From: Azolla caroliniana | Lineage: Eukaryota; Plantae; Polypodiophyta | Reading direction: 5' to 3' | Length of the DNA: 64,000 bases | NCBI GenBank assembly: GCA_043228905.1 | Contig: JBHGNT010000005.1 | Coordinates: forward strand, 23,498,001-23,562,000 | In this document: piece by piece, positions 24,986 through 37,118 of the stretch | Layout of the letters: each line of letters opens with the position of its first letter | Numbering within the stretch: position 1 is the first letter of the stretch | Program-made: the position numbers and the translations under genes | Notes under the pieces: generated by a model | The model's input: the letters and a program-made list of their open reading frames with translations, nothing else | The model's database searches: none | Told to the model about the DNA's origin: nothing

Positions 24986-26985
24986 ATCGATTATCAATCA
25001 ATTTTCAGTCAATCGATTTTCCGCCTTAGCCAAGTTCATCTATCAACTCTACTCCTTCGGCTCATAATCTTTCTATCCAAAGGGACCTGTTTTCCCAACA
25101 ATGGATAACCAATGAAACCCAAGCAAGTTGCTCAGGATTATCCATGATTGAATGCTCAGATGTAGATTGAGATGCATCAACACACATGTTAAAATCACCC
25201 ATAAGTAATCCTTGACGGCCCACACATAGGGTTTGAAGGAGTGAGCCCCATAATGCAATACGTTGAGTGGCTTGGTTAAGGGCATAAATCTCAACCACCC
25301 ACACAACCTCGCCAAAAAAAGTGATTTCTAGAACCAAAAACTGACCATAAGGATAATTATGCACCACTTGAGGATAACATTTATCCCACATGATTAATAC
25401 CACACCTGAATAATGATTATTAAGATGTCCTACATAGAATTATTAATATCCACGCAAATGAACTGTGGATCCTGCTAACACATGACACTTATGCTCAATT
25501 GCAAATAATACATCTCATTCTTTACTTAACAAAGTTACCCATATAATATACTTCTTATGACGAGAACATTCCATGTTACCCCTTTCATTCAATCAACAAT
25601 GTTATGGGTGCACTTGCTCCTTTAGAGCAACCGATGTCATGAAACTAGTTAAAGCATGTCCCAATGTTGCATATGGATTCTCATGCACCACATCCTTAGG
25701 GTTGTCTATCTAAATTCATTTAGGTCCCCCCGTTTGGCGAAAACCTCGAGAATTCGATGAATTTACAATCTGTCCCAATGAATCAAATTGAAGGTGAAGG
25801 GATAATCCCTTATCCCTAAATTGTCATTGCCAAGGAACTTTTCGAGGACCCTCCCAAGTTCCGGAATTACCCTGCCAAGTAGTCTCACGAGTAGTGGGCA
25901 AACTATTACATTGCATATTGTTGAGCGGCAAGCTCAATTGGAGCCAGATCGGCTGAATAAGCCTGAGCCGGTGAGTGAGACAGATCGATGAGCCGGTGAG
26001 CACCCGGTGAGCAAAGAGTCAGTGAGCTAGGGAGCCGGTTAGCTGGATCCATCAGTAACCGGAAGCCTAGTAGCAGCTAGACTACTAGGGAGTTATTACT
26101 CTCGTAGTTAGTGACAGGCGCTCGAGTGAGCATTGAAGTACACCGTACTTCTCATGGTTGTTAGGTACGTTAGGTACGGTACTGATACCATACGTATTTA
26201 ACGTATTTAACGTATTAATACGGGTATAGTACCTCCCAATTTTAAAATACGTTAAATACGTTTTTTAGTATGTTAAATACCTATAAAATACATAAAATAC
26301 GTATAGTACGTTAAATACGTTAAATACTTCTAGAATTTGAAATTTATTTACTTTCTTAAAAAATATTTGTAATATTGTAATATTGTAACCATGTATATGC
26401 AATGTAACGAAGCATTCCATGGCTATAGTTGCATCTTAAAAGTACTAAAGGGCAAATCAAGCAAATATGAGAATCAAAAGGATACAAATCAACAAATCAA
26501 ATAGATATTTGTTAGGTAAAAAAAAACCCAAATTTGTTGGGCATTTACAACAACAGCCAAGGCCACGAAGCAAAAACTGTATATCCCTCACATGATTGAG
26601 GGAATTCACATGATGAGTCATGACAAGCTAAAATTCTACAAAAAAAATCGTACTTTTGACAAAAACAACACTTTGACAAGAAGTGCAACATACCTATTGA
26701 AGAAAAGACCACATCTTTTGATTTGGAAAAAACCTTCAGAACACATAACATCAAATATTTGAGATACACTTACATTGCATTTTGTCAAAGAAATAGAATG
26801 CATTGTAGGAACAAAATTTAGAAAAAAACCTTAACAACACATAACATCAGATATTTGACTTCTAAGAACACATAACTTGAACTATGTCCCAGACTCCAAT
26901 GTATCAAAATGGGCTTAGATCAAAGAAAAGTAACATATGGCTATTGAGCTTAGTAATAATGTATAGAAATCAGAAATATTAGTCA

Positions 26986-29714
26986 TTAGATCTCGTCCTC
27001 ATCACAATCACCATCTTCATCATCAGATTCAGTGTTAGTTGATGACATCAACATAGGTTCTTCGTCAGTAAGATCATCATAATTTGTATGAATTGCTTCT
27101 TCTATTCCATTGACATTATCTTGATCATTTGGTGGTAAAGAAGCAAATGTACTTGATCTTGTTATTCTCCTATTACAAGAAGACCGCTCATCATCTCTTC
27201 TTGGCCTCTGCCTCCGTATTCGATCAATAGGGACTCCATCGCTTGATGTTGTCGTATGTGATCTTGTCATGCTCCTTGTCCTTCTTCTCATGCTCATTGT
27301 TTCTTGAAAATAAGTTTCATAGAATTCTCTATCCATATCATTCTCGTGGCTAATAGATGGAATATCAGGAGTCTTAGAGACATCTATCTCATTTGGATTC
27401 ACCTGCAAACAAGTTTATAAAAGCTTAACGAAATTTGAGGAATGTAAATTATAAGAAGTGAATAAAACAATACCTGCATTGGAGATGCATTCACAGTCTC
27501 AAACTTGCAAACTAGCCTTAAGTTCTCTCGCACATATACCAATCGTTCAAGTTGTGCTACCTTTAGTCTATTTCTATTTTTTGTATGTGCGAGAGCATGT
27601 GCATTCCAATTCCTTTCTGCTGCCCCAGAAGAGCAATCCTAATAGAAAACAAAATATGAAATAAAAGGTAGTACACAAAAGTGCAGTATTTTAGAACTTA
27701 ACTATAAAATTGATCATTTTTTCAAAACTTGACACTTACTTGGGATAATATGCGGACAACTAATGCTTGGAGCTTTGGAGTTCTTCCACCAAAATTTTCC
27801 CACCATGTGACTGGCGTCATCATAGATATCTCTTCACGTGCTAATGCATAGCTAAATGTCCCTGTACCATTTCGATATTCATGCAATTCACAAAATAAGA
27901 TATCACATTCAAGTGTCGAGTACAATTTTTCTGTATAGCTCATCCATGCATCCATTAACTCGGGGTTAATAAATGTAGCCTCCTCTCTCCACATCGGATG
28001 CAGCAAATGAGCTACAAGGTGGATCGGCCTCTTGAACCATTTCCATCGTATGTCAAATAACTTCAAAACATCTTCATACCTAAAAGGTTATTAGTAATTA
28101 CAAAATGATCTGATCTTAAAACATGAGAAAACATTTGGAGGTTTAATGCTAGGAAACCATAAAAAATTAAAATAAATATGAAATTTACTTGGATTTGTGG
28201 GGGATGTTTTCTTCCACTCCTTTTGCTAAAACATCTTTGCTTCTTCGCATAAACTCATATAACAAACCAATAGTGGATCCCTCCCTATCAGTAAGTTGTA
28301 AAACACTATACAATGGTGCCATTAGGGTCAAAACAACTTGAAACGAGGACTTAGTTGTAGGATCAAGGATGTAGTTCTTTACATTCATGGCATCTGGCTT
28401 ATTGCAATCTGACCAAGACCTCCACATGTCACTCACCATTGTTTGCTCAAGAGAATACCAAACTTTGAGCAAACGTTGTATGACAAGGTACATCACACCA
28501 AACCTTGTCTTAGAAGGTCTCAAGATGGCGAGGTTACTGTGAGCAGAAAAAAATTTCCTAGCATTCCTCTTCTTGCAAAAAAAACGTACAATATTATTTG
28601 GTTTCAACATAATACTTTTCATCCAAGGCAACTGACCAATGTCCTCCAAAAGTAGATCCAAAGAATGGGTTGCACATGGAGTCCAAACAATATTAGGGAA
28701 CTCTGATTCTAGCAAAGACCCCATGCGGACACAACTAGATGCATTGTCTGAAATGACTTGGACCACATTTTCCTTACCAACTTCTCTAATTGCCTCTGAA
28801 ATTCTTTCAGCTAACCAAGAGCTATCAACTGTTGGTGTTGTATTAGGATGACTACAATCAATGGACTTGAGGAACATTGTCCCATAACAAGATGATACGA
28901 GGACATTTACAAGTTGCCTATGAGAAACATCAACCCATCCATCTGTTAATATAGAACAACCATACTTGGGCCATAATCCTTTTACCCTTTCTAACTTTGC
29001 TTGCAAGGATATAACCTCATTTTTCAAGCCTTTCATCCTCATGTAATTATATGTGACTCCATTATGTTTCTCTCCAATTGTAGAGAAAGCTTCTAACATG
29101 TTCCGCCAACATGGTGTTTTTAATAGATTAAATGACAAATTTGCTTCAATGATACATCTCACCTCCATAACGTTTTCATGTTGTTTCCTTTGCATTTGTA
29201 ACACATGTCCTTTACGCAATGGTTGTTGTTTCACTATAATTGTTGGTGGATATGGTTGGCGACTACCACCACCCATACATGACATGCTTTGACTTTCATC
29301 AACAAAGGTAGACGAGCATGAGGTAGAAACACCTAAAAGAAAAAAAAATTCAAGATAAATAATTTACAATTATTTAAACATTAGTAATCAAGACACCTAT
29401 TGTAGGCTTGTGTCTATACCTTGTTCAGGCATGTTGAATGAGTCGATCTTTGCTACTATATCTTCTTCTTCGCCAATTGCTTGGCTTCCACAATTACCAT
29501 ACAAAGTTGTAAGGTCAATCAACATTTCCTTGGGGACATTGGTACATTTTGTTACTCCATGGCTAGGTTTTCCAATTAAATGAGCAATCATTCGTGTTGC
29601 TGACCCATGCATATGTTTGTTGCAAAATTTACAGTTCCAACTCCTATTTCCTGTTTGACTTCTTACGACATTGAGGCAACATGTATCCCAATATTTGTTC
29701 TTAATGGGCGGCAT
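26986..29714 (-). CDS. hAT transposase (BED finger, DUF659-type core, dimerisation domain); exons ~29714-29397, 29332-28189, 28079-27740, 27638-27474, 27402-26986; the exon 1/2 join appears damaged
   Basis: CKFC..HLIG..C; SILTDGW; ISDNASSC; WTPCATHSLDL; TRF; WWENFG..LQALVVRILSQ|DCSSGAAERNWN..RNRL. Introns 2-4 are GT-AG and in phase; a TAG and phase mismatch occur at the first junction. Confidence 0.85.
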
Positions 29715-30049
29715 TTTCCTTCTTTACGACATTGAGGAGCAAGATTATATGAATGCATTAAAGCAAATCGAAGAACTGGAAACTTTGAATAGATCAACCT
29801 TCAGGGAGGATGAGGATTATACTACTTTAAATAAGCAACTACAGGATACTCAAGAGTATCTTTTATTCATAGAAAGCAAATACAAGAAAATGTTACAATT
29901 AAGGACATGTATAAAAACAGAAAATTCAACTCTTTTGGAAGCTAAAAAGGAAGCAAAAATTACCATAACTTAACTGAAGAGCCTTAATGCTTAACGTAAT
30001 AACGACATGCATAAAAGCAAAAAATTCAACAAGTTTGGAAGCCAAAAGG

Positions 30050-30480
30050 GAAGTAGAATTTGGTCAAGAAATCCATCTTGAAGATGTACAGAAAGGGTTC
30101 GATGAAGATCTATTTATTCATAGTGCTTTGCTAGATATGTATGTCAAATGTGGATCTATAGTGGAAGTGCAAAATGTTTTCAACCGAATGTCCAATCGAG
30201 ATGTGGTATTATGAACAACATTGATTGCATGATATGTTGAGCATGGACCCGTTGAGGATGCACTGAAAAGCTTTGAAAAGATACAAGATGAGGGGATACT
30301 TATTACTACCAAACACTTTCACCTTTTCTTGTGTCTTAAAGGAATGCTCTCATTGGAGGGTTTGTTGAGTATAGAACTACTGAGAAAGCATTAGATTCTT
30401 TCGATAAAATGCAAGTTGATGGAATCTTTCCGGATGCATATACATTGCCCATGTCCTAAAAGTGTGCGGTTTATTAGGGC
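30050..30480 (+). pseudogene. Captured PLS-class pentatricopeptide repeat (PPR) gene fragment inside the hAT
   Basis: GQEIH..GFDEDLFIHSALLDMYVKCGSIVEVQNVFNRMSNRDVVL*TTLIA*YVEHGPVEDALKSFEKIQDEGI, plus a further FDKMQVDGIFPDAYT motif. Confidence 0.88.
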
Positions 30481-31176
30481 CTACAGATAAAGGACAGTCC
30501 ATGTATATGGAGGCTGTATTGAAAGGGTTCTAGCAAGTGCACATTTATTCATACCCATCACATTCAAAAGCAGACAACCAAAACCATGATATTCCAAAAA
30601 ATGAGTAGTTGTTAACAAAAATAAATATGCATTGCAAATGACAAAAAATGGGACATCATTAAAAAAGGACCAAGCACTTTTCCCATGACACGAAATTGAG
30701 ATCTTCAATGTTTCTGGAAACCAATGTCATTTATAGTAACATGGAAAGTAAATTAGAATGATCAATTTCTGAAATGAATTCAAATGGGATACAACCACTA
30801 AAATCAATAAGCAAAGGATTAGCTAATGCTACAAATTGTGAAAGATTTTGAACACATTGTCTACATGTATACATACATGTTTGAGTTTCAACACATGGTT
30901 CCTATAATATTTGATCTCAACACTTGCAAAGAGGAGAGTTTTATTGCATGACGTCAATTACAATTGTCTACCAATTTGTTACTTGTATAGATGCATTATT
31001 GTGGAATAGATAGATTGCTGGACACAAGCATACGTAAACTAGATCAACTAAAAATTAAATCTCCCTTGTCATTTGGTATTATCATACAACTTGACATTGG
31101 AATACAACAAAATGGGAGGTATACTTAATCATAAAAAATAAAAGAAAGAAACATATTCACTAACCTGATTTTATTT

Positions 31177-31331
31177 TCTTCTTGTTCTTCTTCTTCTTGT
31201 TGTTCTTCTTGTTGTTCTTCTTCTTGTTGTTGTTCTTCTTCTTGTGCTTCTTCTTCTTCTTCTTCTTCTTCTTCTTCTTCTTCTTCTTCTTCTTCTTCTG
31301 CTTTTTATGTTTCTTCTTCTTCTTCTTCTTC
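31177..31331. repeat. (CTT)n/(GAA)n microsatellite within the hAT
   Basis: Direct inspection. Confidence 0.95.
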
Positions 31332-31838
31332 TAAGTCTATTCTGTCCGTCTTTCTTCCTTCCTTCTATTTTACTAAAGTTGTTCTTTTCTTTTGCTTTCT
31401 TTAGGGTTTTACTCACATTTTCTATAAATACGTACTATACGTATTTTTTTAAAGGTACGTTAAATACCATATTAGATGAATGTATATGACATTTGAATGA
31501 ACAACTTTGACGTATGGTACGTACTATACAAATAAGAAGGTATTATACACTGGTACTTCTGTCAGTCCGTATGGACTTGTATAAAAGTGTTCGTTGAACA
31601 CATAATATGTATAGAGCGTTGATATAATTTTTTAATAGAGATTCTTGTTCTCTCTCTCTCTCTCTCTCTCTCTCTCCCGCGTACTGTTAAACTCTCCATT
31701 AAACTTGTTCTCTGTTTTCTATTTTTATTGCTTCCGCACGCTATTTGTTTTTACATGGTATCAGAGCGCGAGGGTTGAGAACCTCTACAACCGACATAAC
31801 TTGAAAGGAAAACTTTCGTAAAGAAGAGGAAAAGAAAA

Positions 31839-34800
31839 ATGGATAGAGGAATGGCTAGCTCGCTCCCGGTGGAGAAGCTCGACAGAACTAACTACATATC
31901 TTGGTCATACAAGATGCACCAGTACTTGCTTGGGCATGGTTACTGGAGCTATGTCGACGGAGGTAACGACACAACACCTGATGCGGCACACAACGACTTC
32001 TCGGTGTGGGAACAATCGGCAAGCAGAGTGATGTACTACTTTGTGTCCAGTGTCGGAGACCAGCTGCTGAGCCACGTCCGAGATGCCAAGACACCGAAAG
32101 AGGCTTGGGGAAACCTGAAAAAGGTGTTCGCTGCAAGCACTACAGCCCGGAAGCTGCAACTCCGACAAGAGTTGAGCAATGTCCGATAGAAGGACATGTC
32201 GGTGGCTGATTACATGGCCCGAATCAAAGAGATATGTGACTCGTTTGCCTTTATCAACGTCACGGTAGAGGAAGACGAGATGGTACAGGTCTGTCTTGGG
32301 GGCCTGGCGTCTAAGTTCCGAGATTTCCGGACAGTAGTATGTACAAGGGAGAATACACTGTCATTTTTCGACTTACAGTTGATGCTCCTTGTAGAGGAGA
32401 ACCACGCCGGTGCGTCAACAAGTGCACCCACTGACAGCCGGATGTTGTACACGGAGGAAGATCGGCCCCTTGGGCGTGGTGGACGAGGCGGGTCGGCACG
32501 CAATGGAGGCGGCCGGCAAGGGCAAGACCGACGGCACAGAGACCGTGCCAACAGCAGTTCCAGGACTTCCACAGGTAGGGGGAGTCAAGGTGGCGCCGGA
32601 GACCGGCAAGACAAATCCGCCATGGAATGCTAGTATTGTGGCAAAAAGGGCCACAAAGAAAGCGAGTGCTAGAAGAAACACGTTGATTCAGACAGATCCG
32701 GATCCGGCAAAAACGGTCGGGAGAACCGGCAATACTCGCACTACGCAGAAGGATCGGGAGGATCCAAAACCGGAAAAGCCGGTAAGGGGCCAGCCTTGGT
32801 GATGAGACACGAGGCTAACTCGATGAAGAAGACCACTTCCAAATCGGAGGAAGTGTGGTATGTTGATTCCGGTGCGTCAAATCACATGACGAACCACAAG
32901 GAGTGGTTCTCCTTCCTGGAGAAACCGGAACAACCAGGAGTTGTCGAAACCGAAGATGACACTCCTCACCCAATCGTGCATGTCGGAGAAGTTCCCCTAA
33001 GCCACGTCGGTCATACGGGGAAGTTGATGAACGTATTACACGTTCCGACTATCACGAAGAACCTGGTGTCGGTCGGACAGATCATCGACCAGGGAATGCA
33101 AGTGCGGTTTACGCACCTCGGGTGCTTCATCGAGGAGGAGGGCTAGATTATCGTGCAAGGGTGCAGAGATGGGAGGATGTTCATCCTCGACACCAATGAC
33201 GTCGGCACCGCCTTGTTCGCCAAAGGACAGAAGGTCAATATGGACATCGACCTGTGGCACAAGTGGATCGGCCACGTCAATTACCGGTGGCTTCAAGTCT
33301 TGCAAACGAAACAAGTTGCTATCGGTTTGCCGAAGTTTAGTGGCCGGAAGGCCCAAGTATGTGAAGCCTGCCAACTCGGGAAGCAACACTGGCTTCCATT
33401 CCCCGCCGAACAAAACCGTAGCCGTAACAAGCTCAACCTTATTCATTTGGATGTATGGGGACCGGCACAGAATGTGAGTCTTGGCGGGGGTCGATACTTC
33501 GTCTCCTTCATCGACGACTATAGCCGGCACACATGGATCTACCTCATTGAGCGGAAGAGCGAAGTCTTCGACTGTTTCCGGAACCTCCAAATCATGGTGG
33601 AACGGGAATCAGAGAGGAAGATCAAGTGCCTGCGGTCAGATGGTGGAAAAGAATATTTTTCCGGCCAATTCAACAGTTATCTGCAACAAACAGGAATTCG
33701 AAGAGAATTCAGCTGCAGATACACACCGGAGCAAAACGGTGTGGCCAAAAGGAAGAACCGGTCGCTTGTCGATGCGGCAAGGGCAATGTTGGAAGAGAAG
33801 AGCATGCCCCATTTCTACTGGGTGGAGGCGGTCCGGACGGCCATCTACATCCAAAACCAAATCGGTGACAAGGTGTCCACGCATGAGCTGTATTTCGAGC
33901 GCAAGCCAAATTTGAGACACCTTCGGATTTTCGGCAGCATAGCATATGTGCATGTGCCGGATGAGAAGCGGAGGAAGTTGGATGCAAAATTGGAGAAGTG
34001 CATCCTCGTTGGCTACTCACATGAGCAAAAGGGGTATAAGTGTTATAACCCCCAGACGAAGCAGGTCCGAGGTAGCCGCGATGTTGAGTTTGATGAGACG
34101 ACATCATGGTATGCCCTACCAGCTCCGACTTCTGACCCCGACCCGATACCAGAGGATGAGGCTAGTGAGCCCGAACCGGTCCAGTTAGAAGATGATGAAT
34201 CCAGGATTCAAGAAGAGAGTCCGGAATCATTTCGGTTGAGTGGGCCGAACGAGAGACTGGGTCAATTCGACCAGTCAGAAGAAGAACCGGCGAGTAGTGA
34301 AGACTCTTTCATGCTCTCCCCGCGCAAGGAACCGAGGAGATGGTTCACGCGCAAAGAGAAGGGGAAGAAGAAGATGTCGGATTATGGAACCGGTATTGAT
34401 GAGTCGGATCGGAGCGGATACGACTCCGGAAAAGAAAATGACGGTTCTTCGGTAGCGAAGACCGAACCGGCCAAGAAGGGCCTCAAACCGGGTAACGGTG
34501 GGTTACGTCGGTCAACCCACTAGAAGGAACCCGTTAAACGGTACGGGTACAATGAGTACATGGCGCATCACTATGCGTATATGACCAAGGTGGCGGAAGT
34601 GCGTGAGCCGGAGAGCTACGCAGAAGCAGCAAAAGACACACATTGGCGTGCGGCTATGGAAGAAGAGATGCGGGCACTTGATGCCAACTATACATGGGAC
34701 CTGGTTGACCCTCCCCGTCACAGTAAACCAATCGGATGCAAGTGGGTGTACAAGGTAAAGTACAACGCCGATGGTTCAGTTAACCAGTACAAGGCCCGGT

Positions 34801-36425
34801 TAGTGGCGAAGGGATACGCACAGACCCACAGAATCAACTATGACGAGACCTTCGCTCCAATAGCGAAGATGATGACGGTTCGTGTGGTGCTGGCGGTTGC
34901 AGCGGCAAGGGGGTGACATCTTCACCAGATGGATGTGAAGAATGCATTTCTTCAAGGAGATCTTGAAGAAGAGGTCTTTATGATACAACCCCCCGGTTTC
35001 CAGACGGAGATGAACAAGTCGGCGGTATGCCGGTTGAAGAAGTCACTTTATGTCCTGAAGCAAGCCCCCCGAGCTTGGAATGCGAAGATCACGCACCGGT
35101 TGCGTAAGATGGGGTTTGCGGCCTCCAAGTCCAACTCTTCGTTGTTCATCCGGCAAGGTCTAGACGGTCCGGTTTGCATCTTGTTCTACATTGATGATCT
35201 GGTCATCACCGGACCTGGACTCGATGAAATCAGTCGAGTCAAGTCCTAGTTGTCGGATGCATTTGAGATGAAGGACCTAGGGGACCTTCATTATTTTCTT
35301 GGGATCGAGGTGATCCGAATCCCCGACGGCATATTGCTCTCACAAAGGCACTATGTGTTGAATATGTTGTACAAGTTCGGCATGACCGAATGCCGACCTA
35401 TCTCTACTCCCCTGGACCGGAACCAGAAGCTCCGTCCCGACTCTGGACCGGCCTGCGATGAGAAACGGTTCCGACAAATTGTCGGAAGCCTTATATATTT
35501 GACCATCACCCAACTCGACATCAGTTATCCGGTTGATGTGATTAGCCAATTCATGCAGAAGCCGACCGTAGAGCATCTTTAGTGTGCGCACCGAATACTG
35601 CGGTATGTGAGCGGCACGAAAGACCAGGGACTGTTATACCGGCGCGGTATAATCGAAGAGCTGGTCGGTTACACAGATGCTGACTGGGCCGGCGATGCAT
35701 CAGATCGTCGATCAACCTCCGGTTACATGTTTTCCCTAGGTAGCGCGGTTGTTGTGTGGAGCAGCAAAAAGCAACCAACAGTTGCTCTATCGAGCACTGA
35801 GGCTGAGTATCAGAGCACTACCATTGCCACCTGTGAAGCCATTTGGCTTCGGCGACTGCTGAAAGACCTGCGGATCGAGGTACCGACCCCGATTCTGATC
35901 TACTGCGACAACATAAGCAGTATCCAACTCGCCAAGAACCCCGTATTCCATGCTCGCACAAAGCACATAGAAGTGCACTATCACTTCGTACGTGAGCGTG
36001 TCCTAAGCGGTGAGGTCGAACTTCGGTATGTTCTCACAGATCGGCAAGTTGCCGACATCTTCACCAAACCACTCGAATTGGACAAGTTGCAGCACTTCAC
36101 CGAAATGCTTGGTGTTCAGCATCTCGACGTGCCACACTTGAGGGGGAGAATGGGCAAAGACACCAGAACAGGCAAAGGCAAAGAGACTGCCGATTGCACC
36201 GGTGAGGGAAGAACCAACGAAGGGAAAGTCAAGAAGAAGAAAGGAGCCGAATCGACAAAGGAAGTCGACACATCCGAACAAGTCGGAACAAGCGGCAGCG
36301 GCGGCAAAGTCAAGAGGGACAGAGCCAACCGGAAGAAGAAGGCCAAGACCTGGACATGGTCCAATGTGGTGAAGGGCCTGGAACCAGAAGACGAATCGGG
36401 AGCAACCGATTCGGACAAGGGCTAG
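31839..36425 (+). pseudogene. Copia gag-pol in one reading frame with eight in-frame stops
   Basis: ORF pieces 31839, 32196, 32796, 33153, 34560, 34929, 35250 and 35607 share one frame; gag, WYVDSGASNHM, integrase, RT (MDVKNAFL, YIDDLVI), RNase H ([14 protein letters not shown]). Confidence 0.93.
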
Positions 36426-37068
36426 AACAAATCGGAGACAATCGATTTGGTTCAACAGAAAGATTCGGAAGAACCGGATCAATTCAAGCCCAAGAGGACG
36501 AGAAAGCAGTGAAAGTCGACGCCAACACGAAGGAATCGGCGAAGCGGCATGCGCCGAAGTCACAGCTGCGAGGGAGCTGAACTAGGCCTGTTGAGCAAAC
36601 AAGCCGACCGAGGAGGTCGAGGTACGCAGAACAAGATGGGTCGCGGCAAACAGAACCAAACTGGACAAGGAGCGCGAGCAAGGTGAAGTGACGCCTGAAG
36701 GAGCCGGGCAGAAGGACCAGTTGACACAAACGTTGACACTACGACCGAACCTCAAGTTGAGCTTGAGGGGGAGTGTTGAGCGGCAAGCTCAATTGGAGCC
36801 GGATCGGCTCAATAAGCCTGAGCCGGTGAGCACCCGATGAGCAAAGAGTCGGTGAGTTGGGGAACCGGTTAGTCGAATCCATCAGTAACCGGAAGCCTAG
36901 TAGCAGCAAGACTACTAGGGAGTTATTACTCTCGTAGTTAGTGTCAAGCGCTCGAGTGAGCATTGAAGTACACCGTACTTCTGTCAGTCCGTATGGACTT
37001 GTATAAAAGTGTTCGATGAACACATACTATGTACAGAGCGTTGATATAATTTTTGAATAGAGATTCTT

Positions 37069-37118
<50 letters not shown>

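Larger units (their letters stand above)
16395..25100 (-). mobile_element. Copia-type solo LTR (pieces ~25100-24985, ~23003-22934, 16734-16395) with 5-bp TSD ATGGA, hosting two nested elements
   Basis: TG..CA ends; ATGGA at 16390-16394 and 25101-25105; minus-strand start tgttgggaaaacaggtccc and motifs atttgtaaatagcc, tagggcaa, gtggtttttccc resemble the LTR of the copia inside it. Confidence 0.8.
26153..31552 (-). mobile_element. hAT DNA transposon (5.4 kb) with 8-bp TSD GTACTTCT
   Basis: GTACTTCT at 26145-26152 and 31553-31560, single copy in the 3' LTR; TACGT-type subterminal motif clusters at both ends; internal transposase. Confidence 0.93.

Noticed and set aside
31171-31489. Poly-Arg and poly-Leu ORFs
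   Set aside because: Translations of the (CTT)n microsatellite.
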